Origin: an uncultured Candidatus Saccharibacteria bacterium
GTDB taxonomy: Bacteria > Patescibacteriota > Dojkabacteria > B142 > OLB20
Assembly: GCA_964461915.1 (NCBI GenBank)
Contig: CAYWVD010000001.1
Coordinates: forward strand, 156,671 to 220,670
DNA length: 64,000 nt
Direction: 5' to 3'
Part shown: piece after piece, positions 9,848-19,617 of the stretch
Layout of the letters: each line of letters opens with the position of its first letter
Position numbering within the stretch: the stretch's first letter is position 1
Position numbers and translations under genes: made by a program
The notes under the pieces: generated by a model
Seen by the model: the letters and a program-made list of their open reading frames with translations, nothing else
Database searches by the model: none
What the model was told of the DNA's origin: nothing

Positions 9848-11038
9848 TTAGATCTTTTGCTTAAAAAGATCCTGCTTTTTAAGTAGATTGATAAAGGAGA
9901 AAATGCCAACAATTAATGCTATCCCAAATAGTAATTGTGAAAAATACCCCTGGTCTATTAAATATCCAGAAATCCATGCTGTTAAAATGTAGGGTATCTT
10001 TAATAGCATAGCAATTGTAGATAGAATTGTGGATCGATTTGAAGATTGTATTTTTTCATTGATAATAATACTAATCCATGTGGTTGTTAATCCGCCTATG
10101 GCACCAATAAGTAACATTGGAATAAATCCCCAGCTACCAAGGTTAAGACCGAATAAGAATAAGGCTAACACTAAAAGGAAGTTTAATATCGAAATTGCTG
10201 TATAATCATTAATCCATTTTCTAAGCTTTGGAATAGTTGGTAGAAGTATTGCGATAAGTAAATAGGAAAGAGAAAATATCAACCCCATCTGTTCGCTATC
10301 ATAACCAAGATTCACTGAAATCGCAGGCTTAATCATGCCCCATTCATACCAATAGGAAATTCCTAGTATTGAAATTATGAAGAATACAAATGGTTTTATC
10401 GAAGGAAGTCTTAAGTCCCTAATACTACTTTTTATGAGATCGAAATAATTTTTTACAGTCATTTTAACAGAATCAATATGTGGTTCAGTCAAGCTAAAGC
10501 TAAAAATAAATCCCAAAAAGTAGAAAATTGCCATTAAAAGGAATGGGTAACGAATATTTATTGTAGCTAGTAGGCCTCCAAGAAGAACGGCTATAATGTT
10601 TGCTAGTGAGTTCAGCGATCTTCCAATTGAAGCTATCTTTTCATAATTATTTTCATCTTTGTTTTTGACTAAGGTATCAAAGGTGAGGGCTTCCATTGAT
10701 CCAGAGTAAAAAGCATTTCCAATAAAGAAAATAATATTTCCAATAAAAATTGCTATTTGATCTGAAGCAAAAAATTGTGTCAATAGGCCGATGGACAATA
10801 GTAACATTGCCATAATAACGGTTTTCTTCCTGCCTATGACATCGGCAATTGCTCCCGAAGGTATCTCTAAAAGAAGACCAATGGAAAAAGCTATAGTATC
10901 AATAAAACCAAGCATTTCATAATTGAAATATATTAGGTAAAGAAATATCCAATTACTTTCAATAAAAAATGCCCCTTGGATTATTGAGAGAATGTAGAAA
11001 ATTATGATATTCCTTTTGACCTGTTTAGCTTTCATCAA
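9848..11038 (-). CDS. MFS transporter
   Basis: Twelve predicted TM segments with the MFS loop motif GAIADVIGRKKTV between TM2 and TM3. Confidence 0.7.
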   Translation of the reverse strand: MMKAKQVKRNIIIFYILSIIQGAFFIESNWIFLYLIYFNYEMLGFIDTIAFSIGLLLEIPSGAIADVIGRKKTVIMAMLLLSIGLLTQFFASDQIAIFIGNIIFFIGNAFYSGSMEALTFDTLVKNKDENNYEKIASIGRSLNSLANIIAVLLGGLLATINIRYPFLLMAIFYFLGFIFSFSLTEPHIDSVKMTVKNYFDLIKSSIRDLRLPSIKPFVFFIISILGISYWYEWGMIKPAISVNLGYDSEQMGLIFSLSYLLIAILLPTIPKLRKWINDYTAISILNFLLVLALFLFGLNLGSWGFIPMLLIGAIGGLTTTWISIIINEKIQSSNRSTILSTIAMLLKIPYILTAWISGYLIDQGYFSQLLFGIALIVGIFSFINLLKKQDLFKQKI

Positions 11039-11096
11039 ATTTCATTTTACTTTAAACAATATATAATATTTAAAGGGTTTTTGATAGAATTAACTC

Positions 11097-12371
11097 ATGG
11101 GAAAAATGACAAATACTGAGATATTGATTATTGGTGGAGGTTACTCTGGAATAGTTGCCGCTCTTTCTGCAGCCAGAAAGTTTCCGAATAAATCCATTAC
11201 TATATTAGAAGGTTCGCATTCTATCGGTAGGAAGATACTTGTTAGTGGCGCTGGAAGATGTAATTTCACTAATTCCAGACTTCAAAATTCACCAGAAAAT
11301 TATTTTTATAATTCAGATAAAAAGCTATTAAGATCAATATTTAATCAATGCGGTTTCCAAGACATCATCAATTATTATGAAGATATTGGCATTCTTTGGT
11401 ATGAAGAATCGAAAACTGAAATGGGGAAGATCTTCCCAATCAGTGATTCGGCGAAAAATATTCTTAAAATATTTGAAAGCCAGTTAGCGTTTTTTAATAT
11501 TCAGGCTTTAACCGGACACAAAGTTGTTGATGTTGAAAAAGAAGGTGAGAAATTTTTTGTTTCTGCAAAAGTGGATGAAAAAACAAATGCATATTTTTAT
11601 GCAGATAAGGTGATCTTAACGACAGGAGGCAGGTCATATCCTGGATTGGGTTCGGATGGCAGTGGATATGCATTAGCGCGAAAATTTGGCCATAATATTG
11701 TTGAGCCAGTACCTGCCGGTTGTCCACTACTAAGTAAAAATCCGATCTGTTCTAACTTGGCAGGCACCAAAATTAAAGCCAACTTGAGATTGATAAATAA
11801 AAATTCAATTTTAGGGGATGTTACTGGAGATTTACTTTTCACAAAAAAAGGCATTAGCGGGAATACAATTTTTGCTTTGAGTCGAGTTGTTTCAGTCGGA
11901 ATTCACAGAGAAAAATCCAATGATTATAGGGTTTTAATAAATTTTACTGAAATGGAATCTTTTAGATTGATCAAGCATTTTGAGGTTGTTTCTAAAAAAA
12001 ATCCTAAGTTACCCATAATAGACATACTTTACGGAATAGTTAATTTCAAATTAGCAAATTATTTAATTGATAGGTTGAAAATTCCACAAAATGCAAAATT
12101 CTTTGAAATTGAAAAGGAGAAAATTCATGAACTGGTAAAAACTCTTACTGAATTTGAAATCAGTATAATTGGCACTGGCAATTGGAATGAAGCCGAATTT
12201 ACTAGTGGTGGAGTCGAAACTAGTGAGGTCAATAGCGTGACTTTAGAATCTTTAAAGGTTAAGGGTTTATATTTATCTGGTGAGATATTAAATATCGATG
12301 GCGAGATTGGTGGATTCAATATGTCTTGGGCTTTTGCATCAGGATACATTGCGGGGAAACTAAATAATTGA
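11097..12371 (+). CDS. HI0933/BaiN-like FAD-dependent flavoprotein (aminoacetone oxidase family)
   Basis: ILIIGGGYSGIVAALSAA (FAD Rossmann) and KILVSGAGRCNFTNS, the HI0933-family signature. Confidence 0.75.
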   Translation: MGKMTNTEILIIGGGYSGIVAALSAARKFPNKSITILEGSHSIGRKILVSGAGRCNFTNSRLQNSPENYFYNSDKKLLRSIFNQCGFQDIINYYEDIGILWYEESKTEMGKIFPISDSAKNILKIFESQLAFFNIQALTGHKVVDVEKEGEKFFVSAKVDEKTNAYFYADKVILTTGGRSYPGLGSDGSGYALARKFGHNIVEPVPAGCPLLSKNPICSNLAGTKIKANLRLINKNSILGDVTGDLLFTKKGISGNTIFALSRVVSVGIHREKSNDYRVLINFTEMESFRLIKHFEVVSKKNPKLPIIDILYGIVNFKLANYLIDRLKIPQNAKFFEIEKEKIHELVKTLTEFEISIIGTGNWNEAEFTSGGVETSEVNSVTLESLKVKGLYLSGEILNIDGEIGGFNMSWAFASGYIAGKLNN

Positions 12372-12374
12372 TTA

Positions 12375-12403
12375 TTGTTAAGAGATATTCTCCAGAGTAT
12401 AAT
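12375..12403 (+). promoter_or_regulatory. sigma70-like promoter TTGTTA-17-TATAAT upstream of lemA
   Basis: TTGTTA at 12375-12380, a 17-nt spacer, then TATAAT at 12398-12403. Confidence 0.3.
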
Positions 12404-12435
12404 TTATTATTAATTTTATTTATTAAATTTTTTTA

Positions 12436-13044
12436 ATGGAAATAGCATCAATCCTAATTCTATTAGTTTGTGGTGTAGTTGTGGCAATACTTATTTTTGG
12501 TATAGCTCTCTACAATAGTTTGGTTCAGGCTAAAATATTGGTCGATGAAGCATGGAGTGGCATAGATGTTCAATTAAAAAGGAGATACGATTTAATTCCA
12601 AATATTGTCGAAACGGTAAAGGGATATGCCAAACACGAAAGTTCTACTTTCGAGAAGATTGCCCAGTTAAGATCTGCTGCAATGAATACCACTAGCATTA
12701 ATGAGAAGGGTAAAATTGAGCAGGAATTATCAGGCACTTTAAAATCCCTTTTTGCTATTGCTGAAGCATATCCAGAATTAAAGGCAAACGAGAATTTCAT
12801 AAAATTACAAGATTCTCTATCAGAGATCGAAAATGAATTACAAGGTGCAAGACGCTATTACAATGGGACAGTTAGAGATTTCAACACAAAAATTATGGTT
12901 TTCCCAAATAACTTATTAGCAGGGATATTGGGCTTTAAAGCTAGAGAATTCTTTGCTGCTGAAGAATCTGAAAAGGCCAATGTTAAAGTTGATTTTTCAG
13001 ATAATAAGCCTGAAGCTCCAACAGAAGTTAAATCTGCTGAGTAA
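12436..13044 (+). CDS. lemA: LemA family protein
   Basis: N-terminal TM, then YNSLVQAKILVDEAWSGIDVQLKRRYDLIPNIVETVKGYAKHE is the LemA core. Confidence 0.8.
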   Translation: MEIASILILLVCGVVVAILIFGIALYNSLVQAKILVDEAWSGIDVQLKRRYDLIPNIVETVKGYAKHESSTFEKIAQLRSAAMNTTSINEKGKIEQELSGTLKSLFAIAEAYPELKANENFIKLQDSLSEIENELQGARRYYNGTVRDFNTKIMVFPNNLLAGILGFKAREFFAAEESEKANVKVDFSDNKPEAPTEVKSAE

Positions 13045-13065
13045 AAAATTTAAAACATTCATAAG

Positions 13066-15117
13066 ATGTTAAAAAACCTGGTAAAGAATCGGAAAAGTAT
13101 ATTGATTAATTTCTTAATATTCTTTTTGATCCTTTTATTTCCAGCCTTTGCCAGCGCCGATTCAGGTTATTACGAATCTTATAATGTTAATGTTGATTTT
13201 AACAATGATTCAACATATACCGTTACCGAATCTGTTTCGATAAATTTTTCCGGAACATTCAGAAAAGTCTTCAGAGGAATCACTTTAGTTGATGAAGATA
13301 TTGAGAAGTTGTGTATTGAATCAAATCTCCTCCAATGTGGTGGTTTTGAATACATGGAATTCCTTGGTGTTTTTGATGAAGCAGGCAATCGTGTTCCCGA
13401 CTCGGAAATTGAGATTGAAAAAGTATATGAAAGTGGCGAAGATAGATTTAAAATTACTTGGTATTTTGATGATGATGGGCGAGTATTTAATAATGAATAT
13501 TTCAATTACTCAATTAAGTATAAGGTTTATGGGGGACTAGGTTTCTTCGAAGATTATGATCTATTTTACTGGGATATGTTACCTCCTGAAAGACCTTCTG
13601 GGATAAACAATTCCTTAATAACCCTAAATTTCCCTCAAGGATTTGTATTTGATGATAATGGCTGGAAGGTTTTAACAGATTTAGGATATTCATATTTAGA
13701 TTATGATATTTCTAACGAAGGCTCTGTAGTAAAAATTAAATCCAAGGATATTAAAGTTGATCAAAATTTGACAGTCGCTTTAAAAATAAATAAAGGTCTA
13801 ATCCAAAAGCCAGGGAAAATCATTCTTGAATCGAAGCCAGATCCAATAAATTTGAAAATTAATGGAGTTCAATTGGATGCGGTATCAAAAGAGCTTGGTG
13901 GTATACCAGCAGGCAATTATGAACTGGAATTCTTCTATACTGGATATGATTCCCAAAAAATGAACATTACAATGGCCCAGGGTGAAGAGAAATCTATAAA
14001 AGTAGAATTAGAAGAAAGTTTAATTACTAAAATCCTTTTTTGGGGAAATATAATATGTGGGATTCTTTCATGCTTAATATTCCCGGTGGGAGTTTTGTGG
14101 ATATTTATGAAATGGAGAAAAAGTGGTAGAGATGAGTTTTACAGAGATACGATAGTCCCAGAATATACGCCACCAGATGATATTAAGCCATATTTACTTG
14201 GCGCTGTGAAAGACGAAAAAGTTGATATGATTGATATAACGGCAACTTTGATTGATGTCGCAAGAATGGGGTATATAAAAATAAGAGAATTTAAAAATCA
14301 AGGATTCCTTGGCATTGGTGGCTCTACAGATTATGAACTTGTAAAATTAAAAGATTTTTCATCCCTCGATGAAAATGAAAAGTTAATCATGGACTCCATG
14401 TTCTCAGGAAAAGAAAAATTAATAATGTCTATCGATTTAACTAATCTCTTCTATCTAAAAGTCCCAAGTATAAATAAATCCATCGATAAAGAAATGGTTA
14501 AAAGGAAATATTACAAAGAAAGTCCTGAAGATGTTAGAAATAAATATATAGGTATTGGAGCTGCAGGAGCATTCATTTCTGGTGGCGTTCTCTTTTTTGG
14601 ATTTGCATTCTTATTAATTATTCCTGGATTATTTATTACTGTAATTAGCATATTCTTATTGAGCATAGGTTTATCTATTGTTGGTAATTATATGCCCGCT
14701 AAGACAAAAGAGGGGGCAAAGATTTTAAATCGCATAAAGGGTTTTAGAATGTATTTGTATACTGCTGAAAGATTTAGAGTACAAGATTTAACTCCAGAAA
14801 CTTTTGAAAAATTCCTACCTTATGCAATGGTTTTTGGGATCGAAAAACAATGGGGAGAAAGGTTTAAAGACATCTATAAAAAAGCCCCTGATTGGTACGA
14901 AACATCTAGCTGGAACACGTTTAATACTATTTATATGATAAATTCTCTATCGAACTTCTCAACATATTCTTCAAGAACCCTAAGTTCAAGGCCTCAAAGT
15001 TCATCTTCGGGAGGCTCAAGGGGTGGATCGATTGGCGGAGGTTGGAGTGGTGGCGGTGGTTTTAGTGGATCATTTAGTGGTGGCGGTGGTGGCGGGGGAT
15101 CATCGGGCTGGGGCTAG
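13066..15117 (+). CDS. DUF2207-like membrane protein with Gly/Ser-rich C-terminal tail
   Basis: Signal peptide, large extracytoplasmic domain, several TMs, and a ...SGGSRGGSIGGGWSGGGGFSGSFSGGGGGGGSSGWG tail. This is the typical LemA partner arrangement. Confidence 0.6.
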   Translation: MLKNLVKNRKSILINFLIFFLILLFPAFASADSGYYESYNVNVDFNNDSTYTVTESVSINFSGTFRKVFRGITLVDEDIEKLCIESNLLQCGGFEYMEFLGVFDEAGNRVPDSEIEIEKVYESGEDRFKITWYFDDDGRVFNNEYFNYSIKYKVYGGLGFFEDYDLFYWDMLPPERPSGINNSLITLNFPQGFVFDDNGWKVLTDLGYSYLDYDISNEGSVVKIKSKDIKVDQNLTVALKINKGLIQKPGKIILESKPDPINLKINGVQLDAVSKELGGIPAGNYELEFFYTGYDSQKMNITMAQGEEKSIKVELEESLITKILFWGNIICGILSCLIFPVGVLWIFMKWRKSGRDEFYRDTIVPEYTPPDDIKPYLLGAVKDEKVDMIDITATLIDVARMGYIKIREFKNQGFLGIGGSTDYELVKLKDFSSLDENEKLIMDSMFSGKEKLIMSIDLTNLFYLKVPSINKSIDKEMVKRKYYKESPEDVRNKYIGIGAAGAFISGGVLFFGFAFLLIIPGLFITVISIFLLSIGLSIVGNYMPAKTKEGAKILNRIKGFRMYLYTAERFRVQDLTPETFEKFLPYAMVFGIEKQWGERFKDIYKKAPDWYETSSWNTFNTIYMINSLSNFSTYSSRTLSSRPQSSSSGGSRGGSIGGGWSGGGGFSGSFSGGGGGGGSSGWG

Positions 15118-15188
15118 GTTTTTAATTCTTCGTTGAATAAACTCTCTAGTCCTGCTAGAATAACAAAATAATTCATTGCGTTTTCAAT

Positions 15189-16580
15189 GTGAAAAAATCA
15201 ATCATTAACACTTTTTTAATGGGCATCTTTGTGGTTTTTGCATTAACTATTGCAATACCAACATTTATCGTAAATATAAACAATCAAAACTATAAGATTC
15301 GAGGGTGGGACCCAATCGATTTTAATCCAAATTTTTTACTTTCAGAATTTAAGTTCTTACCTTCTCTAGATCTATATGGTGGCTCAATTTCAACGATTTC
15401 TGTTGATATGAAAGATGTTCCAGAGGAGCAAAAACTTACTGTTTTAGAAAATACTAAGAATTTACTTTATAGAAGACTTTTAAAAACAAATCCTGGGTAC
15501 TTCGAGATCAATAGTATGGTGAATAAAGAGAAGAATGAATACAATTTGATTTTAAAATTATCAGAAAAAATCAGCGGAGACTATTTATCTATATTAATTT
15601 CTCCAGCAAATATTTCGTTTTGGGTAGAAGACACACAAACTTCTTCAACTGTAACACCAGAAGAGGCCCAGAATAACCCATTAGCAGGTAGAAAAGCTTC
15701 AGCTTTAACAAATGAAGATATTGAATCTGTTTCAGTAATTTCGGATTCTACTTGTTATATTAATGACCCTCAAGCTCCTAGAAATTATTGTTTGAAAATA
15801 ATCTTTAAAGAAGCTTCTAAAAATGAATTTGTAGCAGCACTTTATCAAAGCACAAGTGGTCAATATCCAATGATGATGCTTTTAGATGGTTATCCTATTG
15901 CTGTCCAATCGATGGGGCAATTTTATTCCGGTGTTACTCCAGATAGAGAATTGGTTATTTATCCTGGGATTATCGATACTTGGCTCGCAAATTCTGTATT
16001 GGGAGCAATTGTGAGCGATCAGCCGATTGATAAAACTTTAACTATAGCGAATACAAATACTGTTGAGGCCAGTCTTGGGGCAAATGCTATGATCAATATT
16101 AAGATTGCTTGTGCCTTATCATTAATCGCGGTTATTGCCCTTATTGTTTTCTATTTTAGAAAAAGAAGTACATTAGCAATTTCTTCGATTTTTATTTATG
16201 GAATTATAGTTGTTGCCATAATGAAAGTTTTTAACTTGGTTTTAGACTTAGCCACTATTCTTGGAGCTGTGGCTGGTTTTGTTATGTTCCTGTCTTTGGT
16301 TATTTATTTATTATATAGACTTAGGACTGCTTCAAAATCTGGATTAATTGCGTCTGAAATCGAATCTGAATTCAATTATATTAAAATAGCTTATCGGAAT
16401 ATAACCATAGCATTCATAATCACTACCTTTATTGTGTCTTTGTTTTCTCCGATATTTATTATTAACTTTTATAATAGTTTAGGATTTGGCGTGATCTTGG
16501 GTTATTTTATATTTGCGAATTTTGTTAAAAATTTATTACCAATCTTATTTTTACCTAAAGAAAAATGGCAAACTTTTTAA
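15189..16580 (+). CDS. secD: protein-export membrane protein SecD (divergent)
   Basis: N-terminal TM, then LPSLDLYGGSISTISVDM matches the SecD/SecF 'LGLDLrGG...VD' periplasmic-domain motif. The C-terminal 6-TM block is RND-like (GAVAGFVMFLSLVIYLLYRLR). Size 463 aa. Confidence 0.6.
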   Translation: MKKSIINTFLMGIFVVFALTIAIPTFIVNINNQNYKIRGWDPIDFNPNFLLSEFKFLPSLDLYGGSISTISVDMKDVPEEQKLTVLENTKNLLYRRLLKTNPGYFEINSMVNKEKNEYNLILKLSEKISGDYLSILISPANISFWVEDTQTSSTVTPEEAQNNPLAGRKASALTNEDIESVSVISDSTCYINDPQAPRNYCLKIIFKEASKNEFVAALYQSTSGQYPMMMLLDGYPIAVQSMGQFYSGVTPDRELVIYPGIIDTWLANSVLGAIVSDQPIDKTLTIANTNTVEASLGANAMINIKIACALSLIAVIALIVFYFRKRSTLAISSIFIYGIIVVAIMKVFNLVLDLATILGAVAGFVMFLSLVIYLLYRLRTASKSGLIASEIESEFNYIKIAYRNITIAFIITTFIVSLFSPIFIINFYNSLGFGVILGYFIFANFVKNLLPILFLPKEKWQTF

Positions 16581-17482
16581 GATCAAAAAAAGGAGTAGTC
16601 CTATCAGCGCTTCTTTTATTAGTAATTTCTATTGTTTCAATAGTTTATTTTAAATTAAACATCGGTCCATTTTTTAATGACTCTACTGTTCTTTTAATTC
16701 AGGTCGATCATGAAGTGGAAACTGATAACATAGCAAATGAGTTATATAGTTTCTCAAAACCCTCAAGGATTGAAAAAGAAAGTACTTCAAAATTTTATAT
16801 TCATTATCAACAAATCACCGAAGAAGAAAAATCTGTTGTCTTAAATACAATCGATTCGAAGATTCCGGGCTTAGTTACAAAAACTTTTTATAATTATTAC
16901 CCCGCCAAGGAAATCCTTTTAGCTGAAAGAGCTGGGATTGTCGCGGGGTCCATACTACTAGTCGCAATAGTGTATATGTTTGTTGAATTTAGGAAGACGG
17001 GTTTATTATTAAAAGAAGTTCTTAATCTATTATTAAAAGAGTTATTGATGACAGTCTATTTGATTTTGGTATTGCTCGGGTTTGTATCCATTGTGGGTGC
17101 TTTAGGCGTTGTCATGGAATCAACATTCTTTATTCTAACTATTACTAGTGTCTTTATAATAGTATTGTTTAATATTTATTATGTTTTTCGCTTTAAGCAT
17201 TTGAAAATCTTAAATGAAAAAATGAAAATTTCTGAAATTTCACAAAAAATTTCAAAAGACTATTGGCCTGAATTCGTTTTCTTATTAGCTGTAGTACTAG
17301 TCATTTTTGTTTTACCATGGTTAGTTGTGTCTAGAGATGTTACATTTGGGGTTGTTCAAATACTTTTTGCTATGCTCTTAATTGCTTACAACTTCTTTAT
17401 TTTAAGAGAAAATCTATTGCCATCGAATTTGTTTCAAAATAAAATCTTTAGAGATAGCAAATTATTAAATAAAAAATGGTAA
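16565..17482 (+). CDS. secF: protein-export membrane protein SecF-like (divergent)
   Basis: 305 aa, overlaps secD by 16 nt. N-terminal TM plus a small periplasmic domain, then RAGIVAGSILLVAIVYMFVEFRK resembles the start of the SecF TM bundle. Confidence 0.45.
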   Translation: MANFLRSKKGVVLSALLLLVISIVSIVYFKLNIGPFFNDSTVLLIQVDHEVETDNIANELYSFSKPSRIEKESTSKFYIHYQQITEEEKSVVLNTIDSKIPGLVTKTFYNYYPAKEILLAERAGIVAGSILLVAIVYMFVEFRKTGLLLKEVLNLLLKELLMTVYLILVLLGFVSIVGALGVVMESTFFILTITSVFIIVLFNIYYVFRFKHLKILNEKMKISEISQKISKDYWPEFVFLLAVVLVIFVLPWLVVSRDVTFGVVQILFAMLLIAYNFFILRENLLPSNLFQNKIFRDSKLLNKKW

Positions 17483-17985
17483 TAGAGGAGCTAGGGTTTA
17501 ATAACCTGGATTCATTTTATAAATGTTTCTCGTCTATAATGAATGAGGGCTATGGCCAATTCCCACCAGTTCTTTCAGAATATTTCTTACTCACAGACTA
17601 TACTATTGAAAACTTTAGACTTTGGATCGATCGAAATTTTAGAAAGGTTTATTTAGCATTAGATGATAATTCGAATGTAATAGGATTTGTAATTGGGGAT
17701 CACACTTATGGAGGGGTTGGGTTTGTAAGTTGGTTGGGAGTATACCCAGAATACCGAAATAAAGGTATTGGCGGAGTTTTATTAGATAAATACACTGAAT
17801 ATATTAGGCAAATCAAAGGGCATTTAATTGAGCTTTACACATACGATAGAGCAAGGCCCTTTTACGAAAGACATGGATTTGTGTTGATTGGCAAAAGGCC
17901 AGAAGGATATTTTGGACGCAAGAACCTAATTATGAACTTAACATTAAAGCCCTTTGATATTAATGACTTATTGAAACGCTCTTAA
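17476..17985 (+). CDS. GNAT family N-acetyltransferase
   Basis: Acetyl-CoA motif A WLGVYPEYRNKGIGGVLL and a C-terminal RPFYERHGF. Confidence 0.75.
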   Translation: MVIEELGFNNLDSFYKCFSSIMNEGYGQFPPVLSEYFLLTDYTIENFRLWIDRNFRKVYLALDDNSNVIGFVIGDHTYGGVGFVSWLGVYPEYRNKGIGGVLLDKYTEYIRQIKGHLIELYTYDRARPFYERHGFVLIGKRPEGYFGRKNLIMNLTLKPFDINDLLKRS

Positions 17986-19168
17986 GTGCTTCAATAAGTT
18001 TGTTGATGTCTTCTTCGTCATTATAGATCCCTAAACTTATTCGTACGCTTGAGGGAATATTTAAAACTTCTCTATGCAATATTTGTGTGCAGTGATGGCC
18101 GGCCCTAACAGCAATGTCCTTATAATCCAATTTTTGGGCGATATCGTGCGGGTGAATGCCTTTATGAGTAAAGCTAATTATTGGGCCGTGAACTTTAGAA
18201 TTAAATTCTTTAACAATGAGTTCAATATTAGGGATCTCTTGCAATCTATTATGAAGTAATTGAGCAAGATTAGATTCCATCTCTTGGATTTTCTCGATAC
18301 CAATTGAGTTTACATATTCGATAGCTTTAGCAAGGCCAATTACTTCGGCAATTGGGGGTGTTCCAGCCTCAAATTTTTGGGGATGGTTAATAAGGGTGAA
18401 TGAGTCTCTTGTAACAATTTCGACTATTCCTCCGCCTACAAATAGATTGTCAATTTTTTGCAAAGCCTCGGATTTTCCCCATATAACTCCTAAGCCAGTT
18501 GGGCCATATACTTTGTGAGCAGAAAAAACAATAAAATCTGCGCCTAGATCTTTTACATCGATTTTCATATGCGCTATGGCTTGGGCTGCATCAAGTAATA
18601 GGAGTGTGTTTGGGGAATATTGATTAATTAATTCTTTGATTCTTTTGATTGGTGGGATATATCCTGTTACATTACTCATTAAGGTAATTGAGACAAGACT
18701 GACCGATCTAGTTTTTAGGGCTTTTTCGATTTGATTCAGATCAAAATATAAATTTTCGTCTAAATGAATATATTCAAGATTAAGTTCTTTTTCTTTTAAT
18801 ATGCATTGCCAAGGTAGGATGTTGCTATGATGCTCAAGATCACTTAAAAGAATTGTTGAATTTTGGGGTAAGAATTTCCTAAAAAAATATTCTGCTAATA
18901 AGTTGATTGATGCAGTTGTTCCGGATGTGAATATGATTTGGTCTTTTTCGGCCCCAATAAAATCGGCTACGGTTTGTCTACCAGTCTCATACATACTAGT
19001 AGCGAGTTCCGAAAGTTTGTATATACCCCTATGTACATTTGAATTTTGTTCGTTATAAAAATTCCCCAGTGATTGGATTACAGAGATCGGTTTTTGAGTG
19101 GTGGCCGAATTATCCAGATAAACTAATTCTTGGAATTTTTGGAAAATTGTAAAGTCGGATTTATTCAT
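17960..19168 (-). CDS. sufS: cysteine desulfurase SufS (class V aminotransferase)
   Basis: PLP-Lys motif FSAHKVYGPTGLGVIWG and the SufS active-site loop RAGHHCTQ. Confidence 0.85.
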   Translation of the reverse strand: MNKSDFTIFQKFQELVYLDNSATTQKPISVIQSLGNFYNEQNSNVHRGIYKLSELATSMYETGRQTVADFIGAEKDQIIFTSGTTASINLLAEYFFRKFLPQNSTILLSDLEHHSNILPWQCILKEKELNLEYIHLDENLYFDLNQIEKALKTRSVSLVSITLMSNVTGYIPPIKRIKELINQYSPNTLLLLDAAQAIAHMKIDVKDLGADFIVFSAHKVYGPTGLGVIWGKSEALQKIDNLFVGGGIVEIVTRDSFTLINHPQKFEAGTPPIAEVIGLAKAIEYVNSIGIEKIQEMESNLAQLLHNRLQEIPNIELIVKEFNSKVHGPIISFTHKGIHPHDIAQKLDYKDIAVRAGHHCTQILHREVLNIPSSVRISLGIYNDEEDINKLIEALKSVSISH

Positions 19169-19617
19169 AGATCATTTATAAAGGCCTGAATTAAAAGTTT
19201 CTCGGTTTGTTTTAAAGTTAAGCCTCGACTCATCAAATATTTTATCTCATTTTGATCAAGTTGTCGTATTGTTAAGCTATGCGATGCTTCGATATCATTA
19301 TCGAGGATTTCCATATTGGGGCTTATTAAAACATGAGGATTTTTTGCTAGGTTCAGGACTTCGATTCTTAAAACACTTTTTACGCCTCTAGCCCCCTTCA
19401 TGATAACTATTGTCGGAGCATAGTCGACAGGGTCTTTAGAATTCACAACAATTTTTATTCTGATTTCAGATTTAATATCCTTTTTTTTGTGAATGAATTT
19501 AATTTTATTAGAAAGTTTTCCAAATAATCTTGTTTGTATAATAGCTTTGAACAAAGTATCTTTGTTTACCTCAATGGCTTCTAATTTTTTAGATAGTAGT
19601 AATTCAAATATTTCCAT
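19165..19617 (-). CDS. sufD: minimal SufD-like protein (SufBD family, 150 aa)
   Basis: C-terminus HSLTIRQLDQNEIKYLMSRGLTLKQTEKLLIQAF matches the SufB/SufD terminal motif (...QLFYLMSRGi...). Lies between sufB and sufS, coupled by 1-nt and 4-nt overlaps. Confidence 0.6.
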   Translation of the reverse strand: MEIFELLLSKKLEAIEVNKDTLFKAIIQTRLFGKLSNKIKFIHKKKDIKSEIRIKIVVNSKDPVDYAPTIVIMKGARGVKSVLRIEVLNLAKNPHVLISPNMEILDNDIEASHSLTIRQLDQNEIKYLMSRGLTLKQTEKLLIQAFINDL

